Source: Candidatus Latescibacterota bacterium | GTDB lineage: Bacteria > Latescibacterota > CBDEFO01 | Direction of reading: 5' to 3' | Assembly (NCBI GenBank): GCA_965248755.1 | Contig: OZ252149.1 | Location: 512,001-576,000 of the forward strand | Length of the DNA: 64,000 nucleotides | Shown here: in pieces, positions 43,930 through 53,382 of the stretch | How positions within the stretch are numbered: position 1 is the stretch's first letter | How the letters are laid out: each line of letters begins with the position of its first letter | Translations under genes and position numbers: made by a program | Notes under the pieces: generated by a model | The model's database searches: none | What the model saw: only the letters and a program-made list of their open reading frames with translations | Told to the model about the DNA's origin: nothing

Positions 43930-43979
43930 TCTATCTCCCGTTCAGTTTTAAAGACTAAGCTACTACCTCATAAACGACC

Positions 43980-44100
43980 TTAGATACTTCTCCGTCTTCG
44001 GGCCAGTAGCCTTAGCGGGCTTGTTTTTCCCTCTAACGCTATTGACACAAATCCGTTGTAGCCCACGTTCCTCAATAGTGGGAATATCCTGTCATAATCT
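43980..44100 (-). pseudogene. 3' remnant of a sugar-phosphate isomerase/epimerase (xylose-isomerase-like TIM barrel) gene
   Basis: LDYDRIFPLLRNVGYNGFVSIALEG resembles the family C-terminal motif; no N-terminus. Confidence 0.5.
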
Positions 44101-44316
44101 AAGACCCTATCTTTTCTAAAGACCTCATCTTTTCTAAAGACCTCATCTTTTCTAAAGACCTCATCTTTTCTAAAGACCTCATCTTTTCTAAAGACCTCAT
44201 CTTTTCTAAAGACCTCATCTTTTCTAAAGACCTCATCTTTTCTTATGACCTTATCTTTTCTTATGACCTTATCTTTTCTTATGACCTTATCTTTTCTTAA
44301 GACCTTATCTGTTCTA
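44101..44316. repeat. Tandem array of 12 x 18-bp units
   Basis: Units AAGACCTCATCTTTTCTA and ATGACCTTATCTTTTCTT, head-to-tail with no spacers. Confidence 0.97.
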
Positions 44317-45151
44317 ACTTTGTGTCCTCCAGTCCCCTTGAAAACATGTACATTCCTCCAGAAAAAACAAACGCGGCTGTGATCACAAGGGAAAGCGGAG
44401 TGTGAACGACCTCCTCTGTGCAAGGAATAACATTGTAACCTGGGATAGCGAACGAATCTCCGGCATTTAAGAGCACTATCGGAAGGAGATTGAACAGACC
44501 GTGAGCCAGAATCGAAGGGAACACCGAATTTGCCTTCAAAGCTATAAATCCCAGGGTCAATCCCGCCGGAAATGCCCCGAAAGCTTGCCAGGGAATCATG
44601 TGAAACACGGCGAAAAATAGGCTCGAATAGAACACACCTTTAAGCCTCCCCCTATTCTTAACCAGCCCGTATTGGAAAAGCCCTCTGAACAACAATTCCT
44701 CTCCCACAGGAGCCACAATCGCAATGAAAAATATCACCTCCAAAACCCCTGTCCAGCTATTTGCTGTCATAAGATCTACAAACATCTGGGTCACAAAATC
44801 GGGCGCAGGGAAAAACTCCTGTATTATATTATCCAATTCGCTTATCAACACCGATAAAGACAAGGAGATAAGCACTACGGGCCAAAGTATCCTCAATGGA
44901 AATTCTCTTAAGCCCAAAACCTCCCAAACCGTCGCATGACCCCTTTTTCTCAGGCCCAAACCGATCAAGAAAGCTATTGTCCCCAAGCTGATCAGCAGAA
45001 GCTTCAGGTTATCCGTCAGAACAGGAATAGGGAAAAGCATCAACCCCAGTACGGTAGATGCACCCCAACCTATAAATATGAGAAATATGCAGTTTGATAC
45101 GTCAGGATAGACCTTATCTCTATCTTCACCAGTATCCCTGTCCTCGTCCAA
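44297..45151 (-). CDS. CPBP (CAAX/Abi) family intramembrane metalloprotease
   Basis: APVGEELLFRG, FAVFH, SILAHGLFN; multi-TM. Confidence 0.9.
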   Translation of the reverse strand: MDEDRDTGEDRDKVYPDVSNCIFLIFIGWGASTVLGLMLFPIPVLTDNLKLLLISLGTIAFLIGLGLRKRGHATVWEVLGLREFPLRILWPVVLISLSLSVLISELDNIIQEFFPAPDFVTQMFVDLMTANSWTGVLEVIFFIAIVAPVGEELLFRGLFQYGLVKNRGRLKGVFYSSLFFAVFHMIPWQAFGAFPAGLTLGFIALKANSVFPSILAHGLFNLLPIVLLNAGDSFAIPGYNVIPCTEEVVHTPLSLVITAAFVFSGGMYMFSRGLEDTKLEQIRS

Positions 45152-45360
45152 GATTTAACCTCCTGTAAGTGCTATTGTTCCGACCTCTCATATTTATAAG
45201 ATCTGGGAGATATTTGGATACTGGATGCGAACAGACTGAGGCTTGTGTAAAGTTAGAAAGATGAGAACCTTCTAGATGAGCTGCCAGATGAACTGATAAA
45301 GTAACAGAGCCATTTCTGTAAGATCCCGTAGGGCAGATTAAAGAGAAACTACGAAGGCTA

Positions 45361-46083
45361 TCACCTAGTCTGGATCGTCCCCTCGTGGATATCGATCTCG
45401 TCCCTGTTCCTTACCTGGTCAACAGCTCCATCTCTCAGATCAACTACCCTGTCGGAGGCTACTAACATCTTGTGGTCGTGAGTGTTAGTTACAACTGTCG
45501 TTCCAATTTCCTTACTCATCACCTTCAGCAATTCGATGATCTCGGCGCCCGTTTGGAGATCCAGATTTCCCGTGGGCTCATCCGCCAGGATGATCTTGGG
45601 ATCGTTAGCCATAGCCCTTGCGATAGCGACGCGCTGTTGCTGGCCGCCCGATAGCTCAAAGGGTTTATGGTGCAGGCGATCTCCAAGTCCCACTTGTTCA
45701 AGCTTGCGAGCTGCCTTCCGGTCATATTCCTCCCTGCTTAGCCCGGCAAAGACCATAGGAAGTGATACATTTTCCAGCGCCGTCATAACTGGAATCAGGT
45801 TGAACGTCTGGAAGATATAGCCGATGCTGTGACAGCGAAGGTATGCAATATGGTATTGATCGAGGCCGCCGATGTCCGCCCCGCCGATGAGCACCTTTCC
45901 TTTTGACGGTCGGTCCAGCGCACCGATCATGTTGAACAGAGTAGTCTTTCCTGAGCCTGAGGGTCCCATAATAGAAAGATATTCCCCCTGATACACCGTA
46001 AGATCGATACCCTTTAAAGCGTCCAGCTTAACGTCGCCCATTATATATGTCTTCCACACATCATGAATCTCTATGATATTCAT
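45361..46083 (-). CDS. ABC transporter ATP-binding protein (LolD/MacB-like)
   Basis: GPSGSGKT, IFQTFNL, LSGGQQQRVAIARA, ILADEPTGNLD, THD. Confidence 0.95.
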   Translation of the reverse strand: MNIIEIHDVWKTYIMGDVKLDALKGIDLTVYQGEYLSIMGPSGSGKTTLFNMIGALDRPSKGKVLIGGADIGGLDQYHIAYLRCHSIGYIFQTFNLIPVMTALENVSLPMVFAGLSREEYDRKAARKLEQVGLGDRLHHKPFELSGGQQQRVAIARAMANDPKIILADEPTGNLDLQTGAEIIELLKVMSKEIGTTVVTNTHDHKMLVASDRVVDLRDGAVDQVRNRDEIDIHEGTIQTR

Positions 46084-46346
46084 GTTCTCCTCCTTGACGT
46101 TTTTCAACAGATGAAAATCAACGGTAAAAGTTCAGTAGGGATCTCTAAAGGACATCATTTCAGCGTAGCGCCAAGGTAAGCCTTTTCCCAAAAAGTGTGG
46201 TGGGTCAGACATTCCTGTCTGACATGGATACTTTGAGGACAGACAAGAATCTCCGTCCTACTCTTGGTGTCCCGAGACCCTAAAGGGACGGGAGAGGTGC
46301 CCCTGTCTACCCCCATAGATTCAATCAGAGGTCTACGCTTTGCTGT

Positions 46347-46604
46347 CTACCTGATTTCTCCGTCGTATCTTCCTCTTGCCCGCCTGAAGATGACAAAATG
46401 CAAGATGATGCCCACAAAGAGTCCGAGCACATAGAGCCCCGTCGCGCCGACGCTTTCGGTAAAATGTTTTACTGCCATTCCTCCGACGAACATCGGTATT
46501 ACGGTGATCATAATCTTTGCAGTCGAATCGCCAAATTTCGGAGCGAGGAATCTGATCAGGCCTCCAACGATCAGGCCGAAGATGATCGAAGCGATTATGA
46601 TCAT
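46347..46604 (-). CDS. Small hypothetical membrane protein
   Basis: Three hydrophobic segments; start overlaps the stop of the upstream ORF (ATGA). Confidence 0.55.
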   Translation of the reverse strand: MIIIASIIFGLIVGGLIRFLAPKFGDSTAKIMITVIPMFVGGMAVKHFTESVGATGLYVLGLFVGIILHFVIFRRARGRYDGEIR

Positions 46605-46792
46605 TTTCTTTTCTTCCCAGACGGGGATCTGGCGGACTGTCTTTTAAGTCTTTGATTCACAATGTAAGGATGAGGAATATAGCGGCGCAGATATTCGAGC
46701 GCCCTCTTTCGAGTGCGTTCTTTTCCCTCATTCGGGAGGGGCTCTTGCGGTTCTTCAAAATTCTTGTCCGTCTTACCTTTCAAAGATGACAT
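46601..46792 (-). CDS. Hypothetical protein
   Basis: 63-aa ORF with AAAGGG upstream; coupled to the next ORF; no motif recognised. Confidence 0.35.
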   Translation of the reverse strand: MSSLKGKTDKNFEEPQEPLPNEGKERTRKRALEYLRRYIPHPYIVNQRLKRQSARSPSGKKRK

Positions 46793-46831
46793 TGCAACAT
46801 CCCTTTCGCTGTGAACGTTTTTCTCAATTAA

Positions 46832-47100
46832 CCCGAATAATTCACAAACAAAGGTCGTATATTAATTAAAGGATTGTATTATATTATAGTTATGACGTTT
46901 AACCACCTTCGGTGTCATTGCGAGCCGAAGGCGAAGCAATCCCCCCGATAGATTTAATCGGGGGTTACTGTGGTAGATGTAATACTCTCCGGCTCTCATA
47001 GGAGACCACTATAAAACCTTGAGATTGCTTCCCCGACGGATTCTATCGGGGATCGCTTTGCTCCTCGCAATGACTCCACCAAGTTTATGAATTAATCGGG
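46832..47100. mobile_element. Non-autonomous MITE-like element, copy 2 (269 bp), flanked by TTAA on both sides
   Basis: TIRs cccgaataattca / tgaattaatcggg; inverted copy of 37591-37839 plus a 19-nt hairpin insert. Confidence 0.88.
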
Positions 47101-48029
47101 TTAAAAAGCCTTTCAATAGAGTCCAGCATTTCGAGCGCGTCTTCGTATCCCATATTCAGCGTTTCGACTATCTTTTTTCGGTCCTTCGTTATTTTACCTG
47201 CAGGCGTCTTAGCCTTGGGACGCAATACTACGGTAGTTTTTTCCTCTCCATTCGGTAGTAGAGTCCCAGCCTCTCGTTGAGATATGTAAGAAATCGTCTC
47301 ATTGTACGTATTGTGCCGGTTCTGTATGGCCCCCATAACCCCGGACGCTGCATTCTTGAAGTAATTTCTAAATATCAAGAGTTCTGCATCTGATTGTCTC
47401 TTCTTCTTGTACCCCTTCATCTGTGTCAGTACAATAAGAAGGTGTGTGCATCCCAAGTCCAGGGCTTTCTTGACGGGTATGGCGTCGGCTATGCCTCCGT
47501 CTGTGTAGAAGGCTCCATCTATTTCAACTTCCGAGGGACAGGCTCCCGGAAGCGAAAGACAGGCGTAGATCACCTTAAGCAGATCCTCACTTCGGTTTGT
47601 GAAATATACCGGTTCTCCCGTCCGTGCATCGGCAACAGTAAAACAGCATTCGATGTTGGAGCCCTTGACCTCCTCAAGGCAAAGGGGAACCCTCTCGGCA
47701 AAGACTTTATAGACCAGGTAATCCAGGTTCAGCAGGGGATATTCTTTGTATCTTTGCGTAAGACCGCAGATCAGATTGGAATATCTGACGAATCTGTCCC
47801 CGTGCAGGTGGTTCTCCCATATTTCGACCATGTCATCGTACTGCCCGCTGGAAAAGTAGGCCAAAGTAGGGACGCTTGATGACGTGGCAAAGGCATAGTT
47901 GAAGCCTGTAAGACCATTTTGGGAAAGGGCCTTCAAGACGCCGACGACGTAAGCGCCTCTGAGCCCGCCGCCCTCCAGGACTAAACCGATTCTTTTGGTC
48001 GAATCGCTCATAGGAGTCTCTAATTTCAA
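47085..48029 (-). CDS. Patatin-like phospholipase family protein
   Basis: LVLEGGGLRG, nucleophile region ATSSS, DGGIAD.IP. Confidence 0.88.
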   Translation of the reverse strand: MKLETPMSDSTKRIGLVLEGGGLRGAYVVGVLKALSQNGLTGFNYAFATSSSVPTLAYFSSGQYDDMVEIWENHLHGDRFVRYSNLICGLTQRYKEYPLLNLDYLVYKVFAERVPLCLEEVKGSNIECCFTVADARTGEPVYFTNRSEDLLKVIYACLSLPGACPSEVEIDGAFYTDGGIADAIPVKKALDLGCTHLLIVLTQMKGYKKKRQSDAELLIFRNYFKNAASGVMGAIQNRHNTYNETISYISQREAGTLLPNGEEKTTVVLRPKAKTPAGKITKDRKKIVETLNMGYEDALEMLDSIERLFNPINS

Positions 48030-49072
48030 TGAAGCTCCACAGCCTGCCCCGTCCGCGCCGATCGATAAGCCGCTTCCACTACTTCCACCACATCCAGGCC
48101 ATGGGTTGCGGGCGATAAGGGCTCCGCTTTCCCAAGTATGACATCCAGGAAATTGGCCACCGGCCCCTCCACCTGCCTCATATCCGATTCTTCGAGCGTC
48201 ACCGGGGACGATCCGGACTTTTGGAACGTAACTCTAAAGGGGAGTCCCTCTACCTCAAGGGTGCCTTCAGAACCGAAGTAGCGCTTCTGTACTCGGCGGT
48301 CGATTATTTCGCTATCTCCTACTCCCAGAATAGAACAGATCGAACCGTTCTCCATTTTCATAGATACGGCAGAACGCAAATCCATATCCGGATTGTCCAT
48401 GAAGGCGTAAACTTCCACTGGCCTTAGGCCGGTCGTCCACAGGACCTCCGAAACAAGGTGCGAAGCGCCGTCTATGAAGTACCCTCCACCGCTCAAGGAG
48501 GGATCGGATCTGTAGAGCGTAGGAGGGACGACTCCCGGAAGCGATTCGGGAGCAGGGACCTTTCCGAAGACATGTCCTACGTTGCCCACCCAACTTAACG
48601 CTAAAGCCTCTATCTTTCCTAACTCGCCAGATCCAATAAGGTCCTTAACATAGTTTGTATGAGCCCCGTAAGGGGGATTCAGAGCCACTATAAGAACTGA
48701 TCCCATCCCATCTGAAAGTTCTACAAGCCTTTTGGCTTCATCAGAGGTTAAAGTCATCGGCTTTTCTAATAAAACGTGCAGGCCTCCTTCCAGAGCGAAG
48801 ACCGTCTGTTCGTAGTGCAGCGATGGAGGCGTGACGATCACAACACCGTCCATTTCCACCGACTCTATCATCTCTTTGTAATCGGTGAATGTGCGCTCCA
48901 CACCGAAGTAATCGGCCATCTTTTTGAGCTGAACCTCGCTGCGCCTGCAGATAGCCACAATCTCGGCATCCTGCGATGCTGCAAGGTCAGGCATATGCCT
49001 CCTTGAGGCGAACCATCCCGCTCCGATCACCCCTATCTGCAATTTCCGCTCCGTGCTCATAACAGAAGGCAT
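48026..49072 (-). CDS. Gfo/Idh/MocA family NAD(P)-dependent oxidoreductase
   Basis: IGVIGAG, VTPPSLH, HVLLEKPM, GGGYFIDGASH. Confidence 0.93.
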   Translation of the reverse strand: MPSVMSTERKLQIGVIGAGWFASRRHMPDLAASQDAEIVAICRRSEVQLKKMADYFGVERTFTDYKEMIESVEMDGVVIVTPPSLHYEQTVFALEGGLHVLLEKPMTLTSDEAKRLVELSDGMGSVLIVALNPPYGAHTNYVKDLIGSGELGKIEALALSWVGNVGHVFGKVPAPESLPGVVPPTLYRSDPSLSGGGYFIDGASHLVSEVLWTTGLRPVEVYAFMDNPDMDLRSAVSMKMENGSICSILGVGDSEIIDRRVQKRYFGSEGTLEVEGLPFRVTFQKSGSSPVTLEESDMRQVEGPVANFLDVILGKAEPLSPATHGLDVVEVVEAAYRSARTGQAVELH

Positions 49073-49322
49073 TGAGGCTGTCCGATCTACCTGAAAGAGA
49101 GGTTGCCCATCCTCCTTTCCTGCAAATACTACTGTCCCCGTTAGTAGGCGAAGACGCGAGCGTCTACCCTCTAAATACGCTTAAATCGGGCACAGACTCA
49201 GGGCCGACCCCACGCAAGTCTATATCAAAAAGTGCTTGCTTTAAACCAGCATATCTGTTAGATTTTATCTTTATCTCTTTCTTAAAACAATTCAGAAAAA
49301 TAGAAAGTGAGGTCAACTTAAC

Positions 49323-49553
49323 ATGGCAAGGAGATGCGAAATCTGCGGCAAAGGTCCTGTCAGCGGCAATACCGTTGCGCGCAGAGGATCACCCAAGAGA
49401 AAGGGCGGAGCCGGAAGGAAGATCACCGGCATCACCAAACGCACTTTCAAGCCTAATCTACAGAGAACGAGAGCTGTGGTGGACGGATCGCCGAGAAGGA
49501 TAAAAGTCTGCACCCGATGCATACGCTCCGGCAGAGTAACCAAAGCAGCGTAA
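49323..49553 (+). CDS. rpmB: 50S ribosomal protein L28 (Zn type)
   Basis: MARRCEICGK, TKRTFKPNLQ, IKVCTRCIRSG. Confidence 0.97.
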   Translation: MARRCEICGKGPVSGNTVARRGSPKRKGGAGRKITGITKRTFKPNLQRTRAVVDGSPRRIKVCTRCIRSGRVTKAA

Positions 49554-49790
49554 CACTTTGAATTTCAGCTCGACCGGCGCAAGTTCCTGAATACAGATGT
49601 GCGTATCAGTCCGTCCTCTTTTCTGTCCTTTGTCTGCAGGCAACGATAAAGGCACAACTCGATTCCCTCGAAATCCAACCACTCATCTCTCTACTGAACC
49701 AGAACAAGGGCGATATCATTTTGATTTCATCTGGATGATAGACAAAATAGGGAAAAGAAACTCAAAAGTCAAGTAAGGAAAAAAGTTGTT

Positions 49791-50624
49791 TTAGCCGGCA
49801 AACTCCACCTGAATCTGCTTGGGGATCACACCCTCCTCAAAGCCCCGTCCGAGGAGCGTCTCTATCGCCTTTTTACCTCTCTGTCCGCAGTCGAGTGTGT
49901 AATCGTTGACGTACATCCCGATGAACGTATCGGCCAAGTTCTCATCCATACCCCTTGCCCAGTTTAAGGCGTAAGACAGGGCCTCCTTTCGATGATCCAG
50001 TGAATATTGTATGCTTGCGCGCACTATCCGCCCGATAAGTTTCATCTTCTCCTCGCCCAAATCCTTCCTAACCACATTTCCCCCTAAGGGCAGCGGAAGT
50101 CCCGTCTCTTGATGCCACCACTCTCCTAAATCTATAATCTTGTGGAGTCCCATCTTTTTGTACGTCAACTGGCCTTCGTGTATGATAAGACCCGCATCTG
50201 CCTTCCCATCTGCTACTCTTTCTAATATCTGATCGAACGGAACTACGATATATTCAAATTCTGTGGTGAGGAGGTTCAAGGTCAAAAAAGCCGTAGTCAT
50301 AGTCCCCGGTATCGCTATCTTCTTTTCCACAATCTCATCTGCAGTAGTAAAATGCGAAGAAACCAGCAGTGGACCGTAGCGGTCCCCCATGCTCGCCCCA
50401 GAGGTCAAGAGAGAATAGTTATCCGAGACGTAGGCGTAGGCGTGGATTGAGATAGCCGTCACCTCCAACTCACCGCTGAGAGCCCTTCGATTCAAGGACT
50501 CTATGTCCTCCACCACGTGTTCAAACTCAAGCCCATAGGTGTCTATCTTCCCTTCAGCCAGACCGTAGAACATAAACGCATCGTCCGAATCGGGGCTGTG
50601 TCCGAGTCTTATGGCATCTTTCAT
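49791..50624 (-). CDS. mqnD: 1,4-dihydroxy-6-naphthoate synthase MqnD
   Basis: GHSPDSDDAFMFY, TTAF, GLIIHEGQLTY, LPLPLGG, FIGMYVN. Confidence 0.92.
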   Translation of the reverse strand: MKDAIRLGHSPDSDDAFMFYGLAEGKIDTYGLEFEHVVEDIESLNRRALSGELEVTAISIHAYAYVSDNYSLLTSGASMGDRYGPLLVSSHFTTADEIVEKKIAIPGTMTTAFLTLNLLTTEFEYIVVPFDQILERVADGKADAGLIIHEGQLTYKKMGLHKIIDLGEWWHQETGLPLPLGGNVVRKDLGEEKMKLIGRIVRASIQYSLDHRKEALSYALNWARGMDENLADTFIGMYVNDYTLDCGQRGKKAIETLLGRGFEEGVIPKQIQVEFAG

Positions 50625-50627
50625 CTA

Positions 50628-51245
50628 CTATTCTCCCGAACTTTTCGAACCTTGCCACTCAGGGTAGAGTTTGTGCTCTATTCCCAAGAGACTCAAAACG
50701 CGTCCTGCGATGAAATCTCCCAGGTCGTCGAAGGTTCTGGGCTTTTGATAGAACGCCGGCATCGCAGGCACCACCCTTGCACCGGCTTCAGCTACCGCTA
50801 CCATATTGCGGAGTTGTATCAGGTTCATCGGCGTCTCCCGCGGGACGATGATCAAGGGCTTGCCCTCCTTGAGCGTCACATCCGCAGCCCTTTCAAGCAG
50901 TGTGCTTGAAGACCCACAAGCTATTGCAGAAAGCGTCTTTGCAGAGCAGGGAACCACGACCATGCCGTCCGTCTTGACAGAGCCGCTTGCCAGAGTCGCC
51001 GAGAGGTCGTTTATGTTGTGCTCCTTTAGGATGCCATTTCTGACTTCGTCCCCGTACAAGCGTATCAGAAAATCGCTGAACTTCTCCTTGGACGGCTCAA
51101 AATCGGTCTCGTCCTGAAGCAGAAAACGGCCGTACTTGGATATAACAAGTCCCACCTGATGACCCTCCACAAGGAGGGCTCTTAGAAGCCTCAACGCGTA
51201 GACGGCCCCGCTGGCTCCTGTTATAGCCACAACAATATGTTTCAT
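50628..51245 (-). CDS. ubiX: Flavin prenyltransferase UbiX (MqnM-type)
   Basis: VVAITGASG, LASGS, PCS.KTL, RAADVTLKE, VPRETP, PAFY; start revised to ATG 51245. Confidence 0.95.
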   Translation of the reverse strand: MKHIVVAITGASGAVYALRLLRALLVEGHQVGLVISKYGRFLLQDETDFEPSKEKFSDFLIRLYGDEVRNGILKEHNINDLSATLASGSVKTDGMVVVPCSAKTLSAIACGSSSTLLERAADVTLKEGKPLIIVPRETPMNLIQLRNMVAVAEAGARVVPAMPAFYQKPRTFDDLGDFIAGRVLSLLGIEHKLYPEWQGSKSSGE

Positions 51246-51249
51246 TCTT

Positions 51250-52128
51250 CTACTCGATAAAGATAGGCTGAGTCCACGCCATCGCTCCGCCGGAGCCGTA
51301 GCACTCAGCCCTGACATAGACCAGCTCGTCTGGTTCTATATTTTTAAACTCAGAGATCGAAAACGAAGCATGAGGAGCATCTACGGTGGAGCGAATCGCG
51401 CCGTATCTTGTTATAAAGCGTATCCTCTGGCAGTTCTCCGTAGAGACAAAGATCGTATCTCCATCCACCCTAAAATCCCTGATCTCCACACCTGTGGATG
51501 AGTAGAATGACCCATTCCTTATCGCCTCCAATATTCCTTCCAGGCTATTATCGTTCGTCTTGACCACAATCCACGCCTTCTCCACGTCACCGGGAATGTG
51601 TGAATCGTCATTGGCGAATCCCCATGTCCTCCTTCGCAGAGATAACAACATATCCCATTTGTCCGTCGCAAGGGAAACCCCCGGTTCGCGCTCGATCACT
51701 CCGTTGTAGATCTCTATCCCTGCATAGCCATCTAAAGTCCGCATCAACTCATGTGGGCAATGATTGAAAGCTTCCTGCCAATTCGGGTGATTCAGGATAG
51801 CCATCGCCCCCTGAGCGTTTATTTTTTCGATCACAACCTGCCTGTCGGAATCTGGCTGGATCCTCTCTTTCGTCCCCACATGAAGGATGTGAGGACCGTT
51901 AGCAGTGACTTCCACACCCGGAATTAGCGTCATCTTCGTAAGACTCTGATAATCCTCAGGCTTTACCAGTCTATCGTGATCTGAAATAGACAAAAAATCG
52001 TATCCCCGCTGATCATAATCGGCGATAACCTCCTCAGGAGGACGACTGCCATCGCTCAGCGTCGTATGCGTATGCAGATTTCCCTTTAACCAACGCCCAC
52101 CTTCGATGTAAGAACTGACAAGTTTCAT
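51250..52128 (-). CDS. PHP-domain metallohydrolase (CehA/McbA-like)
   Basis: KGNLHTHTTLSDG, ISDHD, GVE, LNHP, ANDDSH. Confidence 0.85.
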   Translation of the reverse strand: MKLVSSYIEGGRWLKGNLHTHTTLSDGSRPPEEVIADYDQRGYDFLSISDHDRLVKPEDYQSLTKMTLIPGVEVTANGPHILHVGTKERIQPDSDRQVVIEKINAQGAMAILNHPNWQEAFNHCPHELMRTLDGYAGIEIYNGVIEREPGVSLATDKWDMLLSLRRRTWGFANDDSHIPGDVEKAWIVVKTNDNSLEGILEAIRNGSFYSSTGVEIRDFRVDGDTIFVSTENCQRIRFITRYGAIRSTVDAPHASFSISEFKNIEPDELVYVRAECYGSGGAMAWTQPIFIE

Positions 52129-52222
52129 CTTAATAGCATTTACCTGTGATTAAGGTTTGTAAGAATGCTTGGATTGACTCGTATCGGGGAGAATATTTGG
52201 CTTTCTAATAGCAAATAATATA

Positions 52223-52468
52223 CTACCTGGCAGTGTCAAATTTCCTCTTACTCGCATGAAGAAGCGTCACCACTATTACCTCTGCCTTTTCGTACCTGAT
52301 AATAATATAATCATCGGTAAGCTCACTTTCATCAGCGTGACGTGACTTTTTGAAGTTTAGATACACTACATCCGCTCCCTCGTCATAGCTGTACCAGATC
52401 CGCTTAAAAGGTATGTTTAACAGTTGAGGAACAGCGTTTAGAATATCTTTAATTTCTACTGTGGCCAT
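52223..52468 (-). CDS. DUF2283-domain protein
   Basis: YDEGADVVYLNF...ADESE...IIIRY...VTLLHASKR. Confidence 0.75.
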   Translation of the reverse strand: MATVEIKDILNAVPQLLNIPFKRIWYSYDEGADVVYLNFKKSRHADESELTDDYIIIRYEKAEVIVVTLLHASKRKFDTAR

Positions 52469-52517
52469 AATCTTGTCCTTCTTTGGATCTAGTCAATTCT
52501 CCTCGTATAAAAAGGTA

Positions 52518-53348
52518 TTAGATGGCTTTCACTTTTTCTTTTCTGAAAGGCATTTTGTTATAAACTGCCTTTACAGACTCATCGGTATCAAGCAATAATT
52601 GATTTGGACAATAATGAGTCTGATCTAACAACGTTCCTTGTCCGTATCCTTTTTCATCTTCAACAAAACCTAAGAAATGAATTCTTTCCTGTATATTCTT
52701 TGCAGCCCGAAGAGGATTATCATTCTCAAATATCCCTTCGATAGGTTTGCCGTTCCAGCAATTTACCCATCTATTCTTAGATGCTAACCCAGACTTTCCC
52801 TGTGCAATTTCATCATAATCAAAAACATCGCCACCGCCATCAAGATAGCCTCTCATATCAACCAAGATTAGACTAAAAACATTGTCTGAAATAGGAGGGA
52901 ATTTAATAGGCTTATCGTTTGAGTACACCTTTTCCCCTACTTTTTCTTGAAGCTTGATAATCTCACCCTCCACGCTTTGCCTTTTATCCTCTGCATCAGA
53001 CCGTAGAAGGGTAGTGGACAATAGTCCTTCATCTTTTGTTGCACGCTTTACGGCATCACTTATATTTATGCTTACAAGCTCGATCAACCATGAAGAATCA
53101 TCTTTAATTCTAAAATCCACAGTGGAGTTTTTCATACCAGCTTTATGTTCATAGTCAGCCGATAATCCTAAATGATACAGTTCCGCTGCAAACCGTAATT
53201 CGAAAAGAAGCGGTTTAGTTTCTTTACAAATTCCACCCCCTTTTTCAATTTTTTTGATCAAGGGTTGGACCCATGGGCAATATTTCAAATCAATGAGAAG
53301 GCATAAACAATAATCCCGTTCCTCTTTTGTTAGAAAATCAGTCCACAT
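52518..53348 (-). CDS. Hypothetical protein, AT-rich, possibly PD-(D/E)xK-like
   Basis: 276-aa ORF; LFEL...TVDF...LIELVS pattern; composition differs from flanks. Confidence 0.65.
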   Translation of the reverse strand: MWTDFLTKEERDYCLCLLIDLKYCPWVQPLIKKIEKGGGICKETKPLLFELRFAAELYHLGLSADYEHKAGMKNSTVDFRIKDDSSWLIELVSINISDAVKRATKDEGLLSTTLLRSDAEDKRQSVEGEIIKLQEKVGEKVYSNDKPIKFPPISDNVFSLILVDMRGYLDGGGDVFDYDEIAQGKSGLASKNRWVNCWNGKPIEGIFENDNPLRAAKNIQERIHFLGFVEDEKGYGQGTLLDQTHYCPNQLLLDTDESVKAVYNKMPFRKEKVKAI

Positions 53349-53382
53349 GTCTTTTATCTATTAGGGCTTGCGTTTTCTATAG

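Noticed and set aside
44101..44316. Possible CRISPR array
   Set aside because: 18-bp units are contiguous with no unique spacers, and no cas genes are present.
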